From contig NW_002060961.1 of NCBI RefSeq assembly GCF_000150275.1, positions 1,272,569 through 1,336,568 on the forward strand: a stretch of DNA of 64,000 bases, written 5' to 3'. The number at the start of each line of letters is the position of its first letter. The first letter of the stretch is position 1. The notes under the pieces are model-generated. The model did not search any database and was not told the DNA's origin. It saw only the letters and a list, made by a program, of their open reading frames with translations. Source of the stretch: Trichoplax adhaerens. Taxonomy: Eukaryota > Animalia > Placozoa. Made by a program: the position numbers and the translations under genes. This document shows, in pieces, positions 1-13,400 of this stretch.

Positions 1-1289
1 ATCCCATCATAATGCATTCCTTGATTTTCAGCAGGATGGGTAATATGACTAGACATATCTAATGTTTCTCGAAAACTTACATTTGGTAATAAAAAATTAA
101 AGTCATTATCTTTGATCTCTGGTAGTTTCTGGACAGAACTGAAGTATCCTACAGAAAGTATATTAGAATTACGAAAACTCTCAGCAATTACTTCAGGATT
201 AACCTCATCCCATGCATCCTTAATCCATTTCATGGCCGATAATTGATCGACTTTATAGATATCTACGTCGCCATCTTTATCTCTTTCTAGAGCATTTGTT
301 ACCTGTAAGCAGCGGTAATGCTTTCTAAAATTAGTCATAATACCACACTCCATTGGCTGATATTTAGCTGGTGTATTAGAAGAAAGGATCAAAATCTTGA
401 CATGGCTTAATAGCGTTTCATCATATTTATGTGATGGAGAGTTATCTACTATCAGTAATGCATGTCTATTTTGACGTTTAAAATGATCATTTATTTCCAT
501 TAGCCATTCAGTAAATATCGATGTAGTCATCCATGCTTTAGCATTAGATCTATACTTGAAGCCGAATTGCTCAGCTGATTTCTTTCGGAAGCAACGAGGC
601 TTCTGGGAACATCCAATAACAAGAGGAAGTAATTTATCGGTACCGTCAGCATTTACGGTTAGAGCGATGGTTAATTTTGTCTTTCCTTTACGTTCTTTAT
701 CATCAAGCTTAAGAAAATGTGCCTGATCAGGAGTTATTTGATAAAATAAACCTGTTTCATCCATATTGTAGATATCTTGTAGTTCATAACGGCTAATAAT
801 CTGCGCAAATTCTGGATTATCTTCTACTGGTGATAGAATTGGAAATGCAGATCCATTATTTAATTTTCGTAATTTGATTCCATGTCTTTTTTTAAAGCAG
901 TACAACCATCCATTGGAAAAGGCTAAATTGGTAATATTAAGGGAATCTGCTAGTAGTCTACCTTTATTTTTAATTAAGTCATCAGTGAGTAAGATCCCAC
1001 GACTTGCGCATTGCTTCACCCAATTTGCCAACTGCTGATCAAGTTGATCACTTTTGCCTCCCGCTCGAGTTTTCCGCCTGTTGCCAATCATACCCTCATG
1101 GTCATTAAGGTAAATATCTTTCTTCTTTAACATTCGTGAGATTGTTCCTTGACATGGCCTATAAGGTAGGGAGAACCTTCTTCTTGCCCATTCTCCAATT
1201 TCTTTTTGTTGTAATGTGGGATTTTGCACCGAATATTGACAAATGAGCCTTTTCTGCTTATAACTCAAGTTGGATTTCAGGCGAGACAT
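1..1289 (-). CDS. pogo/Tigger transposase-derived (CENP-B/TIGD-like) protein; intronless, truncated by the left window edge
   Basis: Hand translation from ATG at 1289: MSRLKSNLSYKQKRLICQYSVQNPTLQQKEIGEWARRRF...QGTISRMLK (HTH), FSNGWLYCFKKRHGI (CENP-B-type HTH), DIYNMDETGLF, NADGTDKL, NAKAWMT, LIVDNSPSH, QPMECG (DDE_1 domain motifs). Still open at base 1, which explains its absence from the ORF track. Confidence 0.9.
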   Translation of the reverse strand, partial: MSRLKSNLSYKQKRLICQYSVQNPTLQQKEIGEWARRRFSLPYRPCQGTISRMLKKKDIYLNDHEGMIGNRRKTRAGGKSDQLDQQLANWVKQCASRGILLTDDLIKNKGRLLADSLNITNLAFSNGWLYCFKKRHGIKLRKLNNGSAFPILSPVEDNPEFAQIISRYELQDIYNMDETGLFYQITPDQAHFLKLDDKERKGKTKLTIALTVNADGTDKLLPLVIGCSQKPRCFRKKSAEQFGFKYRSNAKAWMTTSIFTEWLMEINDHFKRQNRHALLIVDNSPSHKYDETLLSHVKILILSSNTPAKYQPMECGIMTNFRKHYRCLQVTNALERDKDGDVDIYKVDQLSAMKWIKDAWDEVNPEVIAESFRNSNILSVGYFSSVQKLPEIKDNDFNFLLPNVSFRETLDMSSHITHPAENQGMHYDG

Positions 1290-2334
1290 TTTAAGTATGA
1301 TATAAATAGAAAAGAGTTTTAACTTGGAATATGTTTGATTCGAAATATTTTTTTCAGTATGATATCAGTGCATCAAGGAAAGTAATCGATATAGTTTCAT
1401 ACTTTGCATTTTATACTATAGGATTGTTTAATAATTATTGATAATCTGTCTTGTATTTTACGGTGCAACATACTGTAATAATTTTAACCTTACTCTGTTG
1501 CAATGATTGACTTTCGTAATTCTTTAGCCGATGAGAAGGTTTATGCGCAATAATCAAGTAGGTGCATATTTATTAAATAATTAAATTAATTAATCATGTC
1601 ATACAAGTCAGTTTTAGTACATTTTCCATAAATATCGTAATTAATTAGTTTAAAAGGTTGCATAGGTGCAGTGCAGAGTATTGCATGTTAGAAAGATACC
1701 ATCTAATTACTTTATAATAGTATTGCAGCTAATTTCTAGAATTCCTTTCTGTTTTAATTGGTGCTTTAAAAACCTTATTATTGCAAGTGGAGGCTAACAA
1801 ATAGTGAATATGTTACCCAAATATGTAACAAAATATCGTCACACTGGATTAGAAATCAATCAATCACATAGTTGAGGTTATATTTTAAGAATTTGGTATT
1901 ACTCATAAATTAGAAGGCACAATAGCTCAAGCAGGAAATATGGCGATTATGGCTGGTCACTCATACCAACACATTTCTACTACAAAGATAACCGGAGATA
2001 TTTCTCGGTCTTCTTCTATCCCGAATTACCTGTCAAGATTAGCTCTCTGTGGTAACTTTGAATTTTTTCTTTAACTTTTACGATAACAGCGATATAGACC
2101 TTCTTCTTACGCATAAATGATAAATTAACAAACTCTCTTCTCAGCAAACAAAAGTAATTCGCTCTTGAGCTTTCTAACCATATTTTTAAGCAGTTACAGA
2201 GTTTACATACATGGGAATTAATACTAATAAATGGCATGACTATCATTTATGCCGAGTCCTAAGTCTGTATGATTTTAAGCTGTACCTTAAATTGATAGAG
2301 ATGTATTTAATATGAGGCCACCATGATCAGAACT

Positions 2335-2470
2335 AGATCTAACGTTTGAGCTCTGTTATAAATTATGTATGTAGATACCAGTACATGAGCTCTAAACCCT
2401 AATAATATAATCGACACTTACTTTATTAAGACATACAGTACAGTTCTACACTGTACTATTACTGAATTTC
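2335..2470. repeat. left arm of a diverged inverted repeat (partner ~6797-6935)
   Basis: Reverse complement of gacatacagtacagttctacactgtactattactgaa resembles 6800-6840 ttcaatgatagtatatagtgtagaactgtacccgaatgtc; weaker similarity continues to the agctcaaa anchor. Confidence 0.5.
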
Positions 2471-4458
2471 CGAACACATAACTATTGTAATTAGACCGAA
2501 ATCATTACACTAATTCACTTGCTCTTACGAGAAAATGAAATATATATGTTTTGTTATAATCTGTAACCTAATAGCAAGCTATAAATCATGAACTTCTACT
2601 TAATGCTAGTCTTTAACGCCGTGACATGCCTGAAAATATTGTTGACCTTAACTAGGGAACTAATCAAATTTATATAATACAAAATAGCGTTGTAAATCTA
2701 CTTGATTTTAAGTTTGACCATTTATTATGAAGAAAGTAGTACTATGATACCTTGATTGTCTAACTAAATGAGACAATTAGGAACTTGTTTCTATCATGGA
2801 TGATTATTTACCTCTATTAGAGGTTCAGCCGAGAGTTTATAATACATTACTATAGAGCCTTACATTCCAGCTCTGACGTAAATTTACGTTGTCAATCAAA
2901 GCAGTTATTGTGTTAGATTTTAGTTACGTATATATGAGGAATAAATGAAGATAGAGCTTAGAATGGAGGTGAGCAAATAATATAAAAATTATATTTTATA
3001 AGAGATTCTCAAAGAAGCAATAAAAATGCTCTTTATCCTTGCATAAATTAGAGAAGGCACATTCTAGAGTAATGCACTAGAATAATTAAAAAATGACACG
3101 GTCATAGCATGTAATATTAAATAGCCTTAAAATTTGAAATTGTGTGCCATCATTATTGCTGCATAAGAACGACTGGTCAATTTGCTAACAAATTTTAAGC
3201 TTAATAGAAATTTAGAGAATTTGGTTGTTGGCCACTGAATTTAACTACTTGGATCTTATATGTATATTACTACGCTAGAATGGCTGAACTATTAAGTAGG
3301 TCCGGCTTGATTAGGAATTAGGAGTTTGTGACGTAACTTATTATTGAGATTGTAGACTATTAGCCATATTCCGTATGATCATGATAGCGTGAATTTCTAT
3401 ATTTATCTTCGGGTATACTTTAGTAGCTTATGAATGTAGACTGTAGTGGAAGATCCTATGCTAGAGTACTACTGAGTATGTACAGTTGCGTGTCGAGGTA
3501 CTATTAAGGTTAAGGTTAGAGGTAAACATAGAACTGTAATTCAAGTACTCTAAATAGCAGAAATAATGTCTACACAAATACTGTAGCTGTATCCGTATTG
3601 GATTAATGATGGTGCACCGTAAAATGTTGTTATTAATTAATAATAATTTAAATTTGTATAAAATACAGTAGAATGTTGTTATGCCGATTGTAGCTCCGAG
3701 TGCTATGCAAAATACATAAGCTGGCTGCTTCGATTATTCTAGTAGCTCGTTCTAGAAGTGTTTAGTAGTTGTACGCGGCTGGAGTAGAACTGTAGTTATA
3801 TTATCTTTGTATAAAGATGTAATGAGATTCTAATTGTCTATAAATTTCGAATTGGTGTGATCGGCTATATCAAGGAGCGTAACTAAAATACTTCATCATC
3901 GTCTATTTAATCCATCGAATTAGATTGACTAGCCATAGTCTATCTCTTACTTTATAAATGGAAAGATTATACAATATTTTTAATCACGTTGTCATATAGT
4001 TGTCAATCATGTGTGTAATGATTCTGTTAATGGGATCCATTAATAAAAGAGAGAAAATAATGTTGCAATTGTTTTTTGATTATTGCCTAAATAACTTCTT
4101 TGCATATTTACAATCATTGCACTACACGTAATAGGTTGTTTGCTTCGTAGAATTGTAAATAGAATTATTTACCGAGTTGCAAATTTCATACTTTTTTTGA
4201 AATAATTCTTATACGATTACTGTAGATATCCTTAATACCTTAATTATAATAATGTGCTATCATTATAATTATATTATATATTCATTTACACTGAAATGAC
4301 GTACGCCTAAAAATAGGTTCAGTCTATTATGATTACATTAATAAAGATGAATTTTAATTCTATACAGTACTATACTTGGAGGCTATTGGCAATTTTGGCA
4401 TAAGTAAATAACAGTATTAGCAACAAAAACAACAACAAATAAACAAACATCACGTCAA

Positions 4459-5392
4459 GCTATCAATCATTTCTGGCTACCCACAGTGATGAGTTGAAGG
4501 CCTGAAGCCTATCTGCTGGCACAGAGTGGTATCGTAATATTAGAAGCCAGCATAAGGAAGGCTTCCATAAAGGCACGATAGTAACTAAAATTATTTAATT
4601 ACCGATAATAAGCTTGAAGGTATTCTTCCATGATGATTTGAACCTTGATAGAAGACCTTTCGCCCCCCCCCCCCAATTTAGATTACTGTATGGCCTCCTA
4701 ATTACTTCAATCCAATTATTATCTACACGAAATTTATTCTTTTGGCTAATTGAGAAAAGGAAATAAGGTATAGTATTGAGCTATCAATTATTTCTGGTTG
4801 GCAGCCATTATAGAATAAAAATCTAATGGCGGTCTACCAGTGAAGAAGAAAGACATAATAATAGAAACCAGTTTAAGAAAAATTATCAGATGTACTCGAT
4901 AGTACCTGAAATTAATTCATAGTGGCTGATAAGTTTGAACGTATTCTCCCATGATGTTAGGAGACTTGATTAAAGACTTTTCAACCTAAATTTAGATTGG
5001 CTTTCATTCAACAATTACTAATGCTATTCATTTGTATAATTAAGAAAAACCAGTAAAGCATGATCGAGAGCCTCAAAAATATTTTGTCTTTACGACTTTT
5101 CTCGAAAGGACCAAAAATGCGAAAAACGTAAGGTCCCGTGGTCCCTAATATAATAATAAGCAATTAATCATTTCTGGCTAACAATAATGATGAATTGATG
5201 AGCTATTTAAAGCAAGATTACCATGGGTATACGATAGCATCGAACTATTTGAATGTGGCTAATAATTAAGCTTGGGGGTATTCTGCCCTTGAAACAAGTG
5301 TCTAGAAGACTTTCCATCCTATACTTCCTTTACTGTAATTATTACGAATTACATTCATTTATCTAATTAAGAAAAGTAGGTAAGGCACAGTC
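4459..5392. repeat. diverged tandem repeat, 3 copies starting at 4459, 4780 and 5160
   Basis: Each copy begins gc(t/a)at(c/t)aat(c/t)atttctgg and carries ordered anchors cgatag, taag(c/t)ttg..gtattct, aagac(c/t)tt and taatt(g/a)agaaaa. Confidence 0.75.
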
Positions 5393-6182
5393 CTAAATTG
5401 ATTTGGGAGAGACAGTGGATCGTAAATTGAGTGAAGTAGTAATATCATTTTCATGATTAGAAAGATAACAAGTTTAATTGCTAGTATGAAGGCTTGCCAT
5501 ACAAGTAAATCTGTTAACTCCCTTTTATTAAAAATAGAGTTTGTCTCATATTTAATTACTGTCTATATTTGAGGACACTTTAATATTTGTTGTCAAGTAC
5601 GTTATCGAATTAAAGCTATAAATTTTATCCTTTAATATTATTATCTTAAATCTTTCCGAAAGGTCTATCGACAATGTACTTCGCTGGCGAATCGAAAGAA
5701 GCAATAATGGTCTCGAGACCATGAAAGAAAGGACCATGCTGGTACTAGGATTGTCGCTTTGGAAATAGAACAGTAGGGATAGCTAGGACTTCGGATATCG
5801 TTCTGTTTCATGTTCGTATCATTGCACGTCTATTTATCTGCTAAGGTCATGGCCAATAAATTTCCTGATAGGGAAGTGATTGCTAGTGTTGAAATCGTCA
5901 GAAGAGATATCAAAGTTTTAGCTAGTGTTGGAAGAAAAGGAATGTTGCCTCAATAATTGTTTCTGTTCGTTATTTTTGTAAGTAATGAAGGCATCGTATG
6001 ATTGCTATTGGTGGAATCGTGGAAATGTAGTTTTATGTTTAGCAGCAATCTGAACGCAAATGGACTAGCGAATACTACTATAGTAAATTTGACACTGCAT
6101 GATGTGGTAGCACATGTACCTGGGACTGTTGCATATCATCATGTCTAGCAAACTGTATAGAATGAACTGCGTTTTCGACATG

Positions 6183-6745
6183 TTCAGACGATCGTGTAAT
6201 CGTATTAGATTGGCTTAAGGACTATATTTAACTCTCGTCAGATTACGTGATTATGTTCGTATTAATGAAAGTTGCTGGTTAAGTTGTAATGTAAAAATTT
6301 GATAAAAAAAAAGGAGACATGACGATGCTTGCTGTCGTATTTTAATCTATCGTATAGTACGTCACTGCGTTATCTATGCCTCATAAAGATTATATCTAAC
6401 TTAGATTAGATTAGATTAGATTAGCATTAACTAATGGATTTAGCTGGTTAACTTGTAACAACTTGTAAATTGTAGATAATGTAAAATTTGATATAAAGGG
6501 AGAGGTGACAGTAAGTCACTGTGCTATCTATGCCTCAGCATTTTCAGATGGTCGTATAATCGTATTAAAAATATATAAGGACTATATTTAATTTTCATTA
6601 GATTAAGTTAGTATTAATGAATGCTACTGGCTAAATTAGACAAAGTAGATAAAGCCAGATTTTAGATAAAAAGGCAGATATGACAGTATATTATTGGGAT
6701 ATCGATGCCTCGTTCTGTTCAGATGGTCATATAATCATGTTAGGA
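6183..6745. repeat. diverged tandem repeat (~175-bp unit, ~3 copies) containing a (TTAGA)n run at 6401-6424
   Basis: Recurring anchors ttcaga(c/t)g(a/g)tc(g/a)t(g/a)taatc, aaggactatatttaa, gctggttaa and atc(t/g)atgcctc. Confidence 0.75.
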
Positions 6746-6796
6746 TGCTACTGCAATATTACGATTTCAGTACATTTCAGCAGTTCTATGCTAAGG

Positions 6797-6935
6797 ATAT
6801 TCAATGATAGTATATAGTGTAGAACTGTACCCGAATGTCTTGATGAAATATGTTTTAATTACGGCCAATATGGTGAAAAGGCTCTTATGTATAGTACTAT
6901 GCGTTACAAAAGTATTTGAATAGCTCAAATTTTGA
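6797..6935. repeat. right arm of a diverged inverted repeat (partner ~2335-2470)
   Basis: Shared anchor agtgtagaactgtac / gtacagttctacact. Confidence 0.5.
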
Positions 6936-8484
6936 ATTATCGATTGGAAACCTAAGGTTTACAATCCATGCACTACAGGTACTAAGGATAGATAACGCAG
7001 TAAGATAGTATTTAATCTATAACTGCATCAAGTAAGCCATATTGATGATTGTAAACTTGTAGTTCATGCTAAATTGCAAAGTAGGTGAGTAGTATAAATA
7101 AAGACTTATGAAAAGCTTTCAACCATTGCAGTGAAAGCATTAATTAAACAAAAACTGCAAAACAGTACAAGACGACGTTTCGCTGTTTACTGGCATTTTA
7201 CCCATCATTTTGCCTCGTATTAAATCATAAATCATTCACTTGCTATTCACCTCCTACAGGTTTACTGTACGCATATATGTCAGCATAATCTATTACTATC
7301 TTTAGTTTCCATTCGCTGTTGGATTCAGCTGAATGGCGAAAAGATGATCAATATGAAATAATCCATAGTTCTAGTTCTATTGCGTTATACTTGGTTGCTT
7401 GTATTTAAGTCAAGAAATGAAATTACTTGCATACTTTTATAATTTATACGTAGCACCACTTGGCATCTTACAAATTACTGATTAATAATGTGAATGTATT
7501 ACTATTATAGAGCTATTGAATAGGGAGAGATTTCCATGCTTTTCATTCATGCAGAACAAAGATTGCTATTCTCCTGCAAATTGCTATTACCCTCCGGTAC
7601 AGTAGTTTACTGTTATAAATCTTGTCATGATGGCTGGCTTATTTCGATTTAAATGAAAAAGACTATTGTCATTGGGTGCTGAAGGCTACTTGAAGGCTGC
7701 AAGTAAATTTATGATATCTAGTGAAATATAACAAAGAAAAGGAATCAATCTCAATGTCTGGATTTATTTGCCAAGCGCTATGTGCAGTATCTTGAATGAC
7801 TCCTTAACATAAATAATTTCCATTGGTGGTCTTAGTATGGGGTCCTGCATTAATATCATTTGACCTTACTAGAATAATAATAAATAACATGCTTATGAAA
7901 TTACTTTTGCTCAAATTCTCTAGAGATCCTTGAATGTAATTTAGGGTAATGTGATGATAGCAATTGATTTCACTGAATGATATCACCTTTGCACGCCTTC
8001 AATAATTTTCGATATAATTAAAGTTACTATGATACCGGCAAAGGCTGCTTGTTTTACGCGGAGATTGGATCGTCCTCCTTACAAGGATACTATTACAGCA
8101 AAGCAGCGGAAGGCTTCAGTTGAAGGTATATATACAAGAAAAATAGTGGCAAAGGTTAGGTGCTAGAATAACAGAACATTTACATCAAGGATCATGATTA
8201 CCATATTGTACCAATAATTTAGTCTAGATCGATGATCCGACAGTTTCTAGTTACGTATTGTTTATAAATTTGACCCAAGTTGACTTTTGAATGTAAGGGG
8301 TAATAGGGCAATCATTTTGACTGGATGTTATTCTTTTTGCTTTCAATCGTTGGGCAGATCGAAATTGCATTCATTTCCAAGCTAAAGAAAGGAAAGACTT
8401 TGCAACGAATTACTCATCTTTGGACGGAAACTATTTTCGAATAAAAGCGCTACTGATTATTTTCTTGATCATTGGTAAGTCATC

Positions 8485-10442
8485 ATGTTCCACTATCGGC
8501 TAAGTTCAGAAAGAATGTATAGGGTTTTTCGTTTTGCCTGTCAAAATGAATTCATGCGGACAGGATCATTAATAAAGCTATTACACCCTCTATCGACGAC
8601 TGCACAACTTTTCGATAACATGAATCGAGATGATTCATTCGCTAGAGGAATATTTAGCGGCAAAGTAAAAACCAAACGATTCCATCCTTATCTTGATACA
8701 TTAAATGACGAAGCGAGAGAGACATTAAGGATAATGTTAAATAATTTCGAAAAGTATTTTGCTGAAGTTCATGATGCCAAACAGAACGATACCGATGAAA
8801 CTACTCTAGAAAAACCATTTGCTATGTTTAAGGAAATTGGAGGACTGGGACTTAAAGCTCCAGAGAAATACGGTGGACTTGAGTTCAATTATGCCCAATT
8901 TAGTCGAGTGGTAGAAGTATTTGGAAAGTATGATTTATCATTTACGATTACTGCGGGTGTACATCAATCTATTGGATATCAAGGCCTTGTGTTATTTGGT
9001 ACTGAAGAGCAGAAGCAAAAATATCTACCTGATCTGGCTGCAGGTAAAAAGATAGCAGCTTTTGCCCTAACGGAACCTACAGCAGGTTCAGATGCTGCTG
9101 CTTTACGGACTAAGGCAGTTCTGGATAACGATGGTAAGCATTACATATTAAATGGTAATAAATTGTGGACTACCAATGGTGGCATTGCCGGTATCATCAC
9201 TGTTTTTGCACGAGTTGAACGTAGAAAAGAAGATCCTGAAGACACGGCTGAAGGCATAACAGCTTTCATTATAGAAAAAGATTTTCCTGGCGTATCCAAT
9301 GGTCCTCCAGAAAAGAAAATGGGTTTGAGGTCGTGTAATACTGCAGCTCTTTATTTTGATAATGTCAAAGTTCCAGTCGAGAATGTAATAGGGAAAGTAG
9401 GAGAAGGTTTTAAAATTGCTCTGAGTATTGTCAATACTGGTCGATTTGGAATAAATGCATCTTTAGTGGGCACAACTCGGGAGTTAGTTCGCCGGGCTAG
9501 TGATCACGTCAACACTAGGGTTCAATTTAATCAAAAATTAATCGAATTTCAAGCGATTCAAGAAAAATTAGCCAAAATGGCCATGTTTCATTATGCGATT
9601 GAATCGATTACACTTTTCCTTTGCAATAATATGGATGGAGGTATAACGGATATTCAGCTAGAAACCGCCATGAGTAAAATATTTACAACAGAAGCTGCTT
9701 GGTATTGTATCGATGAATGTATTCAAGTTTTAGGTGGGAATGGATATATGAGAGATAATGACATTGAACGCCATTTACGAGATGCTCGGGTATTTCGTAT
9801 TTTTGAGGGAGCTAACGATACTTTAAGATTATTTGTTGCGTCTACTGGTATTCAAGCAGCCGCTAAGAGAATGAGAGAGAGTCAGAAATCAATGAAAGAC
9901 TGTGGATCGCAAGAATCAGATAAAGAGCAAGGTAATAGTGATTTAGTTGAAGCCGTTGCCACTCCTTTACGTGATTCTGCATTGAAAGTTACACAACGTG
10001 TTGAAGAATTTTCATCAGCAGTCAAACTATTGCTACACAAGCATGGCAAAGATATTGGCAATCAGCAATTTTTATTGACACGTTTGGCTAATTCTGCTGT
10101 CGATTTATTTGCTATGACTGCTGTACTTACTAGAGCTACTGGTGCCATTAATAAAGGCTTGGCAAGCTCTAATCACGAGCAGCTATTAGCTAAGACATTT
10201 GTAGTTGAGGTGATTTTATAGTACAAGACTTGATTTCCTTTTTACTACTCTTTTATATCATCTGCATTTTTACAATACCATTCTTGCTTTTATTTTTACT
10301 ATAGGGCTGTACACGCGTAAAAAGAGATCTTCAAGCAATTAAAGATCCGGAAAATTTAACCACTTTTGCAGCTTTCTCTCAAATAGCAAGCGACATTAGT
10401 CAAAACGACGCCATAGTAGCTACTCGGCCGTTAGGTTTCTAG
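8485..10442 (+). CDS. ACADVL: very-long-chain acyl-CoA dehydrogenase-like (VLCAD/ACAD9 family), paralog 1; exons 8485-10209 and 10305-10442 (620 aa from first ATG; aligned start probably ATG 8515)
   Basis: Motifs HQSIG, FALTEPTAGSD, KMGLRSCNT, LGGNG, RDARVFRIFEGAND (catalytic Glu). GT-AG intron 10210-10304 restores the C-terminus GCTRVKRDL...ATRPLGF*, matching the VLCAD PLGF terminus. Confidence 0.93.
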
Positions 10443-13400
10443 TTGGCAATACGATTGTCCACTTTCTGATTTAGCCTATTCAGTTCTCGGATATTGTCAC
10501 TAGTCGAGTACTAATGTCTGCAACGTGCGCGCAATTACATTAATAACATGCATAAATCAATTTTAATTTACTAATGGTATTTTGTGTGCATGATTTGCTA
10601 CTAAATATACGTAGTAATTAGGTTATTCGTCGATGTAAATCTCGATTGGTAATAATGGATTAGAGTTTTAAATAAACTTTATACTATAGTAAAAGTATCT
10701 GAAGCATCATCAATTAATACTATTGCATATTGATTTATATCAGCACTAGAAATAATTCACAGTTACATAAACGAGAATAGTATTGTTTTGATCCATTTTG
10801 TTTTAAAAAATTTATTACAAAAATAGCATCGATAAAATTAGACGACTTCGTAATTTTTACTTAGGAAAGTCACACGATAGCCCTTCAGATAATTTCATAA
10901 GAGGTAGAGAACTAACACGAATTTTCACTTTCCTTACTAATTCGTATATAAATGACTATAACATCACAGGCTAGGTAGAGGCATGCTCTAATTACAAATA
11001 TCGACGTAGACGATAGCTATTTCTTACGATAAAGTAATCAGCTGATGACAGTTAAAATGGGCCTATAAAATAAATAGATCGAGGTCAATAATCTTATCGA
11101 TACCCTCATTTGCATACGATTTATTCCAAACTTTGTTCTTAAATTATTACGCTACTATAATCATCAGTAGGATATATCATACGCAATGTATGCGATAATT
11201 CACGGCTGCATACCGTCTGGATTTCTAAATACTACTATTGTAATGACATCTTGCTGGTAATACTTCATGCATTTGACGTAAAATATGGCCATTAAGTTCT
11301 CCTTTGTATTTGTATAATATTACTGCTCAAAATCTTCCACCATGTACAGGTGTATAGCGTACAGTATAATTATGCTTCAAAAGTAGACTGATAACTATTT
11401 AATGATATTTACATAATAAGAAACTTGAACTGTAAACAAGATATATTGTTCGTCTTTAAATGCTAGAAGAAATAGAAAACTTAACTAGAACTGATCTTTA
11501 AACTAAATAGGTTAAGAATCACCAGATTTAATCGAAAGTTTTCAGGGTAATAATAACATATATGGCATAATTCGCTGTTAATAAATACTGTATTTATATG
11601 TACTTCTAATATACATTTAAAGTATAATAAAGAGTATAACATTATTTTTCATAGAGTAATTGGTTAGTTATAATAACTTGATAATGACCTTAATGTTAAC
11701 TTTTATTAGATAAATATTTAGTTAAGCGATTGATTTATTTTTATAATTTTAAATTTGGAGCTACGGTATTATTTTGTTATGATTATCACAGTAGTTAATA
11801 TTAATGGATATTGGACTTTATTACTGCACAGGTAGATGAATATGTAAGGAGATAATCTTTGCATTCTATAGAATTTATAATAGTTTTCCAAATTAATATG
11901 ATACGAATTTAGAGTATAGCTGATGATTGAACTTTGCTTCGGTACATGCATAGTTTATTTAGATAAGACTTTAGTTCGATTATAATTATGGATATATTGA
12001 AGCTTGTAGAATGACTGCAGTAGGGCCTTATTACTTACCATACTATCTATTCGCTTGAGATATAACTTCCACTAGGTAAGTTTAAATCAGAAAGGATAAA
12101 AGAAGATGTAGTAGATGAAAGTACTGAATTAATTACCAATCTAATGCGAAAACTTGACTAGAAAAGAAAAAGTTAGCCCGTACGTTCTGTTATATTATGC
12201 CAGTATAAATGTTATGAATGGGTAATGATGGCTGAGACTAGGCTATGTATCTTAGCCCGTTATATTATTTCATGTACTTTTCTTGATGTTTGACAGGATT
12301 TGAGTCTAGACGTTGAATCTTGGACCGATGAAATTTAAATTTACTATTTTCTTTTAGAAAATTTCGATTAATTTGATAGAATATTAGAGTCTAATACTAT
12401 CATTTAGAACTGATCTGGTTGAATTGACTGCATGTTAAACGATGTAATTGAAAAGTTTCCGCCTATTGAGGTCGTAGAGTATAGAAAGGGCATTACTTTG
12501 CTAGTGGGTGTGTACTGTGAAGAGCTTAGAACATTCGAAGTTTATGATAATCATAGGTAGAAAATAGGAACAGATAAACCCAGCCTAATTTTGATTCAGA
12601 TAATTAAACTGTAAATTATAATATGGATCAATTAAATATCTGAATTTGACTAGAAATGAAGAAAGAGATTAATTGGATAAATATATGCTTTATGTTACCA
12701 TCGGTGTGATATACTTGGCAATTAGGCCACTCTTACTTAGAAGAAATTTGGAATGCGATTGCTATGTGATCTTATATCACTTCAATGGATCCCTGATAAC
12801 TAATAGTAAAGGGCTATTTAATTAGCTAAACAAGGCCAAGAAATGGCCTAGGTTAATGGAATGGCCAAAATAGACATTCATATCATCTAAATAGGGTCAG
12901 CCCATGGGGCAAGGTTATATTATCAAATATTTGTATAGAATATTTCATAATTAATTAACAGTAAACTATCTTCTTAATTTCCACGGCCTTGGAGTTACAA
13001 AGGTTGATGGCCGTGTGAACCATTTAGAGAGCTAGAAAGAGACCAACCATATTCTAGAACTGATATCATAGGCTACTAGAACAGACCACATACTAGGCCA
13101 TGAATTACAGTAGAAAATGATACTTATTTATCTAGACAATTCGCGTAGACTGCTAGAAAGCTCCACCTACTAGATCATGGTTTACTCAAATAGCATTTGA
13201 CGATAGGAGGTCACAATATCCGATCGATCAAGTCAAGTGCCAGTCTAGAAGTTTATATAGACAAAACATATACTACTCCTGAAAGAGCCTAAAATTGAAC
13301 TTTATACCTATGGTGTATAGCGTTTTATTCAATAAAAATGATTTCACATATGATAAGATAATTAATTAGTCATTTCAATTCAACAGTCGACTACAAAACT

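Noticed and set aside
6401-6424. (TTAGA)n as an interstitial telomere
   Set aside because: Fewer than five units and not TTAGGG or TTAGG; ordinary microsatellite.
4459-6745. Repeat arrays as CRISPR-like
   Set aside because: Units are long and diverged with no constant repeat and unique spacer pattern; the context is eukaryotic.
10210-10221. C-termini given by the ORF track for the three dehydrogenases (VIL*, VSADC..., VCLLY...)
   Set aside because: These are read-through into the conserved intron; splicing restores the family C-terminus.
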